DNA of 64,000 nt from Chrysomallon squamiferum (taxonomy: Eukaryota; Animalia; Mollusca): NCBI GenBank assembly GCA_012295275.1, contig CM022676.1, positions 2,294,001-2,358,000 of the forward strand, in the 5' to 3' direction. The notes beneath the pieces were generated by a model that saw only the letters and a program-made list of their open reading frames with translations, was not told where the DNA came from and did no database searches. The position numbers and the translations under genes were made by a program. Each line of letters opens with the position of its first letter. Position 1 is the stretch's first letter. Shown here piece by piece: positions 1-13,129 of the stretch.

Positions 1-518
1 TACATACAGACAGACACACACACACACACACACACATCTCGTAAAGGGACCTAACTCTAATCGATATCATTTTTCTTTTTTTTTTATATACACAGACAGA
101 CAGACAGACACACACACACACACTTACACTGAGAAAAACCTCTGGTACTGAATGATTATACAATTGTAAAAGAAACAAAATTCAATTAATTAAAAATTGC
201 CAGAAAATTTAAAAACAAATAAATTTCAGAATATTAATAAATACAAAATGAAATAATAAATACTGATATTATAAAAACGATTCCATCAAATGACACAAAA
301 CATTATTTTATTTACTGATTTTTTAGTTATAACAACAATAAGCAAAGTAGACAGGATAGAGTAAATAAATAAGCAAACAATAAAGAACCACTTTAAAACT
401 TTAAAATGATCGAAGAATTACTGAGTACATCTCACCCAAGGGACCTCACTCTAATCGATATTATTTTTTCTTTCTTTTTTTATATATATATATATATACA
501 GACAGACAGACAGACACA

Positions 519-565
<47 letters not shown>

Positions 566-1361
566 ACAAATAGAAAAACCTCTGGTACTGAATGCATATA
601 CAATTGTAAAATAATCAAAATTCAATTAAATAAATTTCAGAATATTAATGAATACAAAATGAAATAATAAATACTGATATTATAAAAACGATTCCATCAA
701 ATGACACAAAACATTATTTTATTTACTGATTTTTTAATTATAACAACAATAAGCAAAGTAGACAGGATATATAAGAAATAAGTAAGTAAACAAATAAAGA
801 ACGACTTTGAAAGTTTAAAACGATCGAAGGCTTAGTGAGTACATCTCACCCAAGGGACGTCACTCTAATATATGTTTGTGAACACATTTTTTCTTCGACA
901 TAATTTTTATATATATACAGACGTAAGGGACCTAAGACTAAGACATCACTTTTATATATATATATATATACAGACAGACACACACACACACACACACACA
1001 CTAACACTTACACAGAGAAAAGCCTCTGGTACTGAATGATTATATAATTGTAAAAGAAACAAAATTCAATTAATTAAAAATTGCCAGAAAATTTAAAAAC
1101 AAATAAATTTCAGAATATTAATAAATACAAAATGAAATAATAAATACTGATATTATAAAAACGATTCCATCAAATGACACAAAACATTATTTTATTTACT
1201 GATTTTTTAATTATAACAACAATAAGCAAAGTAGACAGGATAGAGTAAATAAATAAGCAAACAATAAAGAACCACTTTAAAACTTTAAAATGATCGAAGA
1301 ATTAGTGAGTACATCTCACCCAAGGGACCTCACTCTAATCGATATTATTTTTTCTTTGCTT

Positions 1362-1392
<31 letters not shown>

Positions 1393-1406
1393 CAGACAGA
1401 CAGACA

Positions 1407-1457
<51 letters not shown>

Positions 1458-1847
1458 ACACATAGAAAAACCTCTGGTACTGAATGCATATACAATTGTA
1501 AAATAATCAAAATTCAATTAATTAAAAATTGCCAGAAAATTTAAAAACAAATAAATTTCAGAATATTAATAAATACAAAATGAAATAATAAATACTGATA
1601 TTATAAAAACGATTCCATCAAATGACACAAAACATTATTTTATTTACTGATTTTTTAATTATAACAACAATAAGCAAAGTAGACAGGATAGAGTAAATAA
1701 ATAAGCAAACAATAAAGAACCACTTTAAAACTTTAAAATGATCGAAGAATTAGTGAGTACATCTCACCCAAGGGACCTCACTCTAATCGATATTATTTTT
1801 TTTTTTTTATTTATATATATATATATATATATACAGACAGACAGACA

Positions 1848-1893
<46 letters not shown>

Positions 1894-2753
1894 TAGAAAA
1901 ACCTCTGGTACTGAATGCATATACAATTGTAAAATAATCAAAATTCAATTAATTAAAAATTGCCAGAAAATTTAAAAACAAATAAATTTCAGAATATTAA
2001 TGAATACAAAATGAAATAATAAATACTGATATTATAAAAACGATTCCATCAAATGACACAAAACATTATTTTATTTACTTTTTTTAATTATAACAACAAT
2101 AAGCAAAGTAGACAGGATATATAAATAAATAAGTAAGTAAACAAATAAAGAACGACTTTGAAAGTTTAAAACGATCGAAGGCTTAGTGAGTACATCTCAC
2201 CTATTGGACCTCACTCTAATATATTTTTGTGAACACATATCACTCACTAAAGGGAGATAAGTAAGTATCGACATAATTTTTTACTTGCTTAGTGAATACA
2301 TCTCATAAGGGACCTAACTCTAATCGATATCATTTTTTTTTCTTTTTTTTTTTTATATATATATATATACAGACAGACACACACACACACACACACACAC
2401 ACTTACACAGAGAAAAGCCTCTGGTACTGAATGATTATACAATTGTAAAAAACAAAAAAATTCAATTAATTAAAATTGCCAGAAAATTTAAAAACAAATA
2501 AATTTCAGAATATTAATAAATACAAAATGAAATAATAAATACTGATATTATAAAAACGATTCTATCAAATGACACAAAAAATTATTTTATTTACTGATTT
2601 TTTAATTATAACAACAATAAGCAAAGTAGACAGGATAGAGTAAATAAATAAGCAAACAATAAAGAACCACTTTAAAACTTTAAAATGATCGAAGAATTAC
2701 TGAGTACATCTCACCCAAGGGACCTCACTCTAATCGATATTATTTTTTCTTTG

Positions 2754-2803
<50 letters not shown>

Positions 2804-2818
2804 CAGACAGACACACAA

Positions 2819-2850
<32 letters not shown>

Positions 2851-4039
2851 TTACACATAGAAAAACCTCTGGTACTGAATGCATATACAATTGTAAAATA
2901 ATCAAAATTCAATTAATTAAAAATTGCCAGAAAATTTAAAAACAAATAAATTTCAGAATATTAATGAATACAAAATGAAATAATAAATACTGATATTATA
3001 AAAACGATTCCATCAAATGACACAAAACATTATTTTATTTACTGATTTTTTAATTATAACAACAATAAGCAAAGTAGACACGATATATAAGAAATAAGTA
3101 AGTAAACAAATAAAGAACGACTTTGAAAGTTTAAAACGATCGAAGGCTTAGTGAGTACATCTCACCCAAGGGACGTCACTCTAATCGATATCATTTTTTC
3201 TTTCCTTTGTTTATATATATACAGACAGACAGACAGACACACCCACACACACACACTTACACAGAGAAAAGCCTGTGGTACTGAATGATTATAGAATTGT
3301 AAAAGAAACAAAATTCAATTAATTAAATATTGCCAGAAAATTTAAAAACAAATAAATTTCAGAATATTAATGAATACAAAATGAAATAATAAATACTGAT
3401 ATTATAAAAACGATTCCATCAAATGACACAAAACATTATTTTATTTACTGATTTTTTAATTATAACAACAATAAGCAAAGTAGACAGGATAGAGTAAATA
3501 AATAACCAAACAATAAAGAACCACTTTAAAACTTTAAAACGATCGAAGGCTTAGTGAGTACATCTCACCCAAGGGACGTCACTCTAATCGATATCATTTT
3601 TTCTTTGCTTTGTTTATATATATACAGACAGACAGACACACCCACACTCACACACTTACACAGAGAATAGCCTCTGGTACTGAATGATTATACAATTGTA
3701 AAAGAAACAAAATTCAATTCATTAAAAATTGCCAGAAAATTTAAAAACAAATAAATTTCAGAATATTAATAAATACAAAATGAAATAATAAATACTGATA
3801 TTATAAAAACGATTCCATGAAATGACAAAAACAATTATTTTATTTACTATTTTTTGATTATAACAACAATAAGCAAAGTAGACAGGATAGAGTAAATAAA
3901 TAAGCAAACAATAAAGAACCACTTTAAAACTTTAAAATGATCGAAGAATTACTGAGTACATCTCACCCAAGGGACCTCACTCTAATCGATATTATTTTTT
4001 CTTTGCTTTTTTATATATATATATATATATATACAGACA

Positions 4040-4096
<57 letters not shown>

Positions 4097-4990
4097 ACAC
4101 ATAGAAAAACCTCTGGTACTGAATGCATATACAATTGTAAAATAATCAAAATTCAATTAATTAAAAATTGCCAGAAAATTTAAAAACAAATAAATTTCAG
4201 AATATTAATGAATACAAAATGAAATAATAAATACTGATATTATAAAAACGATTCCATCAAATGACACAAAACATTATTTTATTTACTGATTTTTTAATTA
4301 TAACAACAATAAGCAAAGTAGACAGGATATATAAGAAATAAGTAAGTAAACAAATAAAGAACGACTTTGAAAGTTTAAAACGATCGAAGGCTTAGTGAGT
4401 ACATCTCACCTATTGGACCTCACTCTAAAATATGTTTGTGAACACATATCACTAAAGGGAGATAAGTCTAATCGACATAATTTTTACTTCGCTTAGTGAA
4501 TACATCTCACGTAAGGGACCTAACTCTAATCGATATCATTTTTTCTTTGCTTTGTTTATATATATATACAGACAGACAGACACGCCCACCCACACACTTA
4601 CAGAGAGAAAAGCCTGTGGTACTGAATGATTATAGAATTGTAAAAGAAACAAAATTCAATTAATTAAATATTGCCAGAAAATTTAAAAACAAATAAATTT
4701 CAGAATATTAATGAATACAAAATGAAATAATAAATACTGATATTATAAAAACGATTCCATCAAATCACACAAAACATTATTTTATTTACTGATTTTTTAA
4801 TTATAACAACAATAAGCAAAGTAGACAGGATAGAGTAAATAAATAACCAAACAATAAAGAACCACTTTAAAACTTTAAAATGATCGAAGAATTACTGAGT
4901 ACATCTCACCCAAGGGACCTCACTCTAATCGATATTATTTTTTCTTTGCTTTTATATATATATATATATATATATACAGACAGACAGACA

Positions 4991-5037
<47 letters not shown>

Positions 5038-5791
5038 CCACATAGAAAAACCTCTGGTACTGAATGCATATACAATTGTAAAATAATCAAAATTCAATTA
5101 ATTAAAAATTGCCAGAAAATTTAAAAACAAATAAATTTCAGAATATTAATGAATACAAAATGAAAAAATAAATACTGATATTATAAAAACGATTCCATCA
5201 AATGACACAAAACATTATTTTATTTACTGATTTTTTAATTATAACAACAATAAGCAAAGTAGACAGGATATATAAGAAATAAGTAAGTAAACAAATAAAG
5301 AACGACTTTGAAAGTTTAAAACGATCGAAGGCTTAGTGAGTACATCTCACCCAAGGGACGTCACTCTAATCGATATCATTTTTTCTTTCCTTTGTTTATA
5401 TATATACAGACAGACAGACACACCCACACACACACACTTACACAGAGAAAAGCCTCTGGTACTGAATGATTATACAATTGTAAAAGAAACAAAATTCAAT
5501 TCATTAAAAATTGCCGGAAAATTTAAAAACAAATAAATTTCAGAATATTAATAAATACAAAATGAAATAATAAATACTGATATTATAAAAACGATTCCAT
5601 CAAATGACACAAAACAATTATTTTATTTACTATTTTTTAATTATAACAACAATAAGCAAAGTAGACAGGATAGAGTAAATAAATAAGCAAACAATAAAGA
5701 ACCACTTTAAAACTTTAAAATGATCGAAGAATTAGTGAGTACATCTCACCCAAGGGACCTCACTCTAATCGATATTATTTTTTCTTTGCTT

Positions 5792-5850
<59 letters not shown>

Positions 5851-6808
5851 CAGACAGACACACACACACACACACACACACTTACACATAGAAAAACCTC
5901 TGGTACTGAATGCATATACAATTGTAAAATAATCAAAATTCAATTAATTAAAAATTGCCAGAAAATTTAAAAACAAATAAATTTCAGAATATTAATGAAT
6001 ACAAAATGAAATAATAAATACTGATATTATAAAAACGATTCCATCAAATGACACAAAACATTATTTTATTTACTGATTTTTTAATTATAACAACAATAAG
6101 CAAAGTAGACAGGATATATAAGAAATAAGTAAGTAAACAAATAAAGAACGACTTTGAAAGTTTAAAACGATCGAAGGCTTAGTGAGTACATCTCACCTGT
6201 TGGACCTCACTCTAATATATGTTTGTGAACACATATCACTAAAGGGAGATAAGTCTAATCGACATAATTTTTACTTCGCTTAGTGAATACATCTCACGTA
6301 AGGGACCTAACTCTAATCGATATCATTTTTTCTTTGCTTTTTTTATATATATACAGACAGACAGACAGACACACCCACACACACACTTACACAGAGAAAA
6401 GCCTGTGGTACTGAATGATTATAGAATTGTAAAAGAAACAAAATTCAATTAATTAAAAATTGCCAGAAAATTTAAAAACAAATAAATTTCAGAATATTAA
6501 TAAATACAAAATGAAATAATAAATACTGATATTATAAAAACGATTCCATCAAATGACACAAAAAATTATTTTATTTACTGATTTTTTAATTATAACAACA
6601 ATAAGCAAAGTAGACAGGATAGAGTAAATAAATAAGCAAACAATAAAGAACCACTTTAAAACTTTAAAATGATCGAAGAATTAGTGAGTACATCTCACCC
6701 AAGGGACCTCACTCTAATCGATATTATTTTTTTTCATTTTAAAGGGAGATATAGTCTAATATATATATATATATATATATGACAGACAGACAGACAGACA
6801 GACACACA

Positions 6809-6863
<55 letters not shown>

Positions 6864-7744
6864 ACACATAGAAAAACCTCTGGTACTGAATGCATATACA
6901 ATTGTAAAATAATCAAAATTCAATTAATTAAAAATTGCCAGAAAATTTAAAAACAAATAAATTTCAGAATATTAATGAATACAAAATGAAATAATAAATA
7001 CTGATATTATAAAAACGATTCCATCAAATGACACAAAACATTATTTTATTTACTGATTTTTTAATTATAACAACAATAAGCAAAGTAGACAGGATATATA
7101 AGAAATAAGTAAGTAAACAAATAAAGAACGACTTTGAAAGTTTAAAACGATCGAAGGCTTAGTGAGTACATCTCACCTATTGGACCTCACTCTAATATAT
7201 GTTTGTGAACACATATCACTAAAGGGAGATAAGTCTAATCGACATAATTTTTACTTCGCTTAGTGAATACATCTCACGTAAGGGACCTAACTCTAATCGA
7301 TATCATTTTTTCTTTGCTTTGTTTATATATACACAGACAGACAGACACACCCACACACACACACTTACACATAGAAAAACCTCTGGTATTGAATGCATAT
7401 ACAATTGTAAAATAATCAAAATTCAATTAATTAAAAATTGCCAGAAAATTTAAAAAGAAATAAATTTCAGAATATTAATGAATACAAAATGAAATAATAA
7501 ATACTGATATTATAAAAACGATTCCATCTAATGACACAAAAAATTATTTTATTTACTGATTTTTTAATTATAACAACAATAAGCAAAGTAGACTGGATAG
7601 AGTAAATAAATAAGCAAACAATAAAGAACCACTTTAAAACTTTAAAATGATCGAAGAATTAGTGAGTCCATCTCACCCAAGGGACCTCACTCTAATCGAT
7701 ATTATTTTTTCTTTGCTTAGTTTATATATATATACAGACAGACA

Positions 7745-7807
<63 letters not shown>

Positions 7808-7810
7808 ACT
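1..7810. repeat. Tandem array, ~17 units of ~400-520 bp, two alternating subtypes, each unit with an internal (TA)n(CAGA)n(CA)n tract
   Basis: The anchor CTCTGGTACTGAATG (or a 1-nt variant) recurs near 140, 580, 1024, 1472, 1903, 2419, 2867, 3273, 3673, 4111, 4614, 5052, 5454, 5898, 6403, 6878 and 7381; the array runs off the window start. Confidence 0.95.
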
Positions 7811-8169
7811 ACATAATTCATCTTAAACAATTTATTTATTTGTTTCTTTAATATACTGTTGAGTCATCCTGCTGAATTAAGTCTAGAATTAGAACATATT
7901 TTTATCTTTTTCTTAGAAAACATTTTACAGAAATATCTACATTTTTTTTCTTTCTACTCCTTCGTTTTAAGTGTAAACTCTGCGATTCAAATGTCAAAAT
8001 TAGGTGTTTCTCCGGTCTGCATCCATCCAGTCAGCCTCTCTGTGCGTGTCATAGCAATTAAGAAGTTCTTTTTTTTTTTTTTTCAAATATGGTGACCTGA
8101 ACTTTTTAATTCTTTATATATATATATATATATTATATTATTATTATTATTATATTATATATATATATA

Positions 8170-8225
<56 letters not shown>

Positions 8226-8330
8226 TATTAGTTTTATTTTTTATTTATATTTTTTCTTAATATAATATTTATCTGTATCACTCGCTCTCTCTTTGTTCAC
8301 GTGTCCTCTTTCTATGTCTTTTCCAAATAT

Positions 8331-8455
<125 letters not shown>

Positions 8456-8939
8456 AATTATCAATTTCTCGTTCCAGCCACAGGCCCTAGTGTGGTTATT
8501 AAATGATGGGGTATGTTGATCCTGTCTGTGAAAACCGCGTTGTTTTTAATCAAATAACTTATTTTAGTCGTCACCACATTTCCTCTGTCAGTCTGAAACT
8601 TAACAGCACAAGATGACTGACAGAAACTGGTAAAATAAAACATTTCTGCTTTTTAACATGTGAACTGTCGTCTTCTGCTTTATTAGACTAGGCTACAATA
8701 TTATTACTACTACCATAATAAATAAATAAATAAATAAATAAGTACATCAATAAACAAAGAAAGAACAAGTGCATAAGCAAATAACAAGTATGTCAGAATG
8801 TCCGCACAATTCAACAGTTTATGAAGGTTAATTACTTTTTTAAAACTAACTCACGGTTAAATTGCCGATTTAATTTGTGAAATGTTCGGTAGAAGAGGGG
8901 AGACAACAGTCACAGAGGGTATACCTTCTATATCTCACT

Positions 8940-8951
8940 GGTCACGTGACC
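8940..8951. promoter_or_regulatory. Palindromic E-box/CLEAR-like element GGTCACGTGACC ~85 bp upstream of the copy A ATG
   Basis: Perfect 12-bp palindrome; a positional homologue GGTCATGTGACC lies at 24178-24189 upstream of copy B. Confidence 0.5.
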
Positions 8952-9035
8952 CATAATTTACAACCTGTGGAAACGAACTGGGGAGTAGCTCGCTGTTACA
9001 CTTCTTCTTTTTCGTTGTTCTTAGATAGTTTAATC

Positions 9036-9090
9036 ATGACCACAGTAATAACTGTTATTTTGTTAACAAGTTTAACACTGACTTCAACTG
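9036..9090 (+). CDS. Copy A signal-peptide exon
   Basis: ATG plus 18 hydrophobic codons, phase-1 donor GTGAGT; same 55-nt length in copies B and F. Confidence 0.8.
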
Positions 9091-10096
9091 GTGAGTTTTA
9101 CTTAATTTGTTTTTGTTTATCTCTAAATACAAGTCTTCAGTTTTGACCTATCGAGAAATACAGGAAGTGATTTTTTTTATAAATGCGTTTAACAAATTAA
9201 TTTTATTTATCATTCTATTTTATCTAACTGATTGTATGTAATGTACATATAATGTATTTGTGTGTGTGTGTCTGTGTATGTGTTGGGTGTCTGGGTGTGT
9301 CTGTGTATATTTTGTTTAACATTGACTGTTACTCTTCTACGTCACAGTCACATTGACCAGACCAGGAAGTATTTTATAAACAGGGTTTACAAGTGATTTT
9401 TTGTTTGCATAAGCGCAGTGTTGGTGTCATATATTTATAGTTCTCCAGTGGTCGTTTTATATTTATAGCCGAGTATCTTTATCAAAATGTATCTGCTTCA
9501 GGTACATGCGATGTTATCTGACTGATATTGCAGTATATTTATACCAACATTCAGACCGTTACATTATATAATTTATTTTTGAAATGTATACGAAATCTAT
9601 TTGTATTGTGTGCTTGGCGGTGTGTCTGTCTGTCTGTCTGTCTGTCCTTTTCTCTATCTCTCTGAGTGTATTGGCGTGTTTGAAAAATATAATCATGTTA
9701 CTCCCGTCAATTATACTTTCATCTTAAATACTATGTTTTTATTTACATTTTATTTCGAAAAATGTTTTTATTCTATTATTAATCTTTTGCATTTTAAATA
9801 ATCTCTTGAGAATGTTATTGTTTAAATTTTTTCTTTCAAATATAGAGCTTTAAATTTATTTAAATACATTACTAATCTATTATTCTATAAATTTGACATA
9901 GAAAAATTCTTCAATTTCGCTACATTATCAGATGAAATGTTTGAAATATGGAAGCAATGTCATTAAATTAAAATTAATGTTTTCTTCTGATTTATATGAT
10001 AAACGTATTATGCAGATTAAGAAATATATAACATTGACATTGGAAACGTTTACTACATTTTAAAGTTATTTTTTTTTTGTTCATATTTATTTACAG

Positions 10097-10506
10097 GTGA
10101 AGCCGCACAACTCACAATCAGCTCAAGTCCTGTTTATGAAGGAGTTCCTGTGACAGTCAGATGTAGTCTTGGTAACATCATCAGTCATGTTGGTGTACTT
10201 AATTCTGTATCAGTGAGCAGAAGACTTCTCAGCAATCCCAGTACTGATGTTACGATAGCTTCTGCTGTCACAGTAAAGAATGGAGGTAAATCTGTTTCAA
10301 AAGATGTAAACAACTTTGTATCTAGAGCGACAGTGACAGGAAAGTCAGACAACAATGACAAATCAGGATCTTTTGTCCAGATTCAACTGACAGGTATGAC
10401 TTGCAGTGATTCAGGAGAATATTTATGTGTAATTGGTTATTCCACATTTACTGGTAGTCCAGATACCTCTGAAGGTTCTGATAACATCACCATTCAAACT
10501 AAGTGA
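10097..10506 (+). CDS. Copy A V-like Ig exon (reads through the mutated donor to TGA)
   Basis: TTTACAG acceptor; open frame VTVRCSLG...GMTCSDSGEYLC with the Ig B- and F-strand cysteines and a D-x-G-x-Y-x-C motif. Confidence 0.75.
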
Positions 10507-12888
10507 AAACGATTTATTTTTATGAGTTGTCGTGCATTTAGAGAATTTCATTTCTGTTGTTGTTGATTATATAACTTTACCAACGAAAGGAAGGTAAAAC
10601 TTGGTTTTATATAATATTAGTTGTTGACGAATTTGGGTGAATTCACTTCTGTTATTACTGATTATAGAACATTACTAGAGAAAGTAAGTGAAGATGTCAT
10701 TTCAGATAATGCGAAATGTTCGTGTGTTTTATGTCTGTTATTTGTACTTGTGTAAAAGATCTGAGTCAATAAGTGAGAAAGAAAATGTTCAACACAAACA
10801 ATTACTTTTCAAAATTAGTCGAAAAAAGTACATTTGTATATAATACAAAATTCATATATCTATCTATCTATCTATTTATATCTATATATATATATATATA
10901 TAACTGAACTAAATTATAGAAAAACGCAGTGTTTATTTATTTCGTGATTTTTTCTGTTTCAGGAAAGCCAGGTGAAGATGAAATGGTCGTGACACCAAGA
11001 AAGGAGTTCAACTCCTATGTTGTCAGTGAAACTGTAGAAATCAGGTGTAATAGAAATGTTGGTAACCCAGCACAGTCGTGGTCGTGGCACTGGAAGTACG
11101 CTGCTGACATGAAGTGGATCTCGTACCCATACATTGACAGAATCAAAGATGACCCACCTAGACTATCTGGGTGTCACAACAGAGGAAGTTCTGTTTGAAC
11201 ACACACTGTATCTCTCAGTGACAAGAGACGAATGTTTAGATGCATTATGTTTATTCTACTGAAAGTAGACATTTTTCTATTGTTTTTCTGCACTATAGAT
11301 ACTACGATATTTTTATTTTATGATATTTGATGCTAATAACTTTACAAGTTTGAAACTCGTGGTTTATACTGCTTGGTAAGCTTTACAGTTACTCCTAAAT
11401 TTATAAGATTTAGATGTAATAATGACAATAGCTATAAAATATAGATAACACACAAAAATATGATATGATATGATATATATATATAATGCCTTAAATAATT
11501 ATTTTTCCAATACATCTTTACAGTAAAGTTTGTTATGTTTACCTTGAAGTTGAAAATTAATTTGAATACACTGACTGAATAATTTTATCAGTAAAATATT
11601 GTGATAGTATATTCGATGTAATCATGGATGATATTGACTTGGTTTATAATCATCAATTATAGGAACATATTTAACGTTGCCTCCCAACCCAGCTACAAAG
11701 TCCACAGATATTGCTGACTCATCGACTATAAAAGAAAATGTCATCGATTGTGAATGTAACAAAACTGCTGTAACTGCCGTTGCTGTAGTCTCTTCTGTGT
11801 TACTCGTCGTAGTCGGCGTTTTCTTCGTCGTGTACGTCTGTGAAACGGTAAAGCAGTGTTGTTTGACTTTTCCTCTCTACAGTAGTCTGTCTGTCTCTTC
11901 ATTTTTTTCCTTACTTATCCAACTATATATATAAAGCATGCAACTCTAAAAAATGATTTTTTTTTTTTTAAATAAATGATTATATTACAGCTATGAAGAC
12001 GTCATAGTATAAAGTGCATAGACTCAAAGTACGTGACTCAGCTGAACAAAACCAACTCGGAAGCGGATCAACCAATTATGAGTCAGAAAACAGAAGAAAT
12101 TATGTAAATCTAGAACCAAGACATCACAATAGAGACAGATCACGTGATGCACTGCAGCAAAGTAGGTCTGATGACGTCACAGGATATGACAATGGAATAC
12201 AATAGAATGAATATGGTCACATTTTCCCAGTCACGACAGCAAAAGATTTGTACGAGAAAATACTGAACAATTAAAATACAGACCCGTGTTTGTACGTACG
12301 TGTGTTTGTGTTTCTCTACATGATTTTTGTGTAATGCAGTAGAAAGAATGATTAAGTTACACTTATTTAAATTGTAGACACAGTGTCTTATCTCTCCAGG
12401 ATATCAAACCTTTTTAAAAGAACATAACTATATTTCGTTTTATGATAATTAATTCTGAATAAACGTCATGTGATTCATATTTTCAATAAAGAAGGTATTT
12501 GTTTGTTTGTTTGTTTAAATGTGTTTCGTTTTCGTGTTTTGTATTTGTATGTATTTATATTAGCAATGAGATTTATTTTATATGTGTAATGTTTGCAGAA
12601 TAATTCATATTAACAAGCTGATCTATTGTTTGTAGTATAAATAATATTAGCAAGGAGATTTACTTTATATGAGTATTTTGATGTTTGATATTCGTAGGAT
12701 AATTAATATCACAAAGGAGATTTATTTTATGTGTGTTTTGCTTGGTGTACCGATAGTTGTATCATTTGTATTGTTTAGTTATAGCTTCTTTCTGTGTAAT
12801 AAATTTACTTAACTTTTGTCACGAATAATAGAAAAATTACTTTGTTTTAATTTCTTGTTTGACAGCAGTGATGAGTTCTCCAACAGAA

Positions 12889-12997
<109 letters not shown>

Positions 12998-13129
12998 CAC
13001 AAATAAATATGTATGCGTATATGCCTATATTTATCTCTGCATGTATGTGTATATTCCTATGTAAATGGTCTTGTGTAATAGAATATGTGTGTATATGTTA
13101 GTGTGTGTATATGGGTATGTGTTTGTTTG

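Larger units (their letters stand above)
9036..12274 (+). pseudogene. IgSF receptor copy A (SP-V-C2-TM-tail), disabled as a membrane receptor
   Basis: Exons 9036-9090 (MTTVITVILLTSLTLTSTG), 10097-10498, 10963-~11246, 11663-11831, 11991-12274. Lesions: V-exon donor GT>CT at 10499, TGA at 11196-11198, ~970-bp deletion after 11246, tail frameshift. Confidence 0.85.

Noticed and set aside
1290-6916. ORFs with THTH/CVCV/YIYI runs in the tandem array
   Set aside because: Translations of (CA)n/(TA)n tracts; frames vary between units
1-7810. CRISPR-like repeat/spacer appearance
   Set aside because: Units are ~450 bp, the variable parts are microsatellites not unique spacers, there are no cas genes, and the context is eukaryotic
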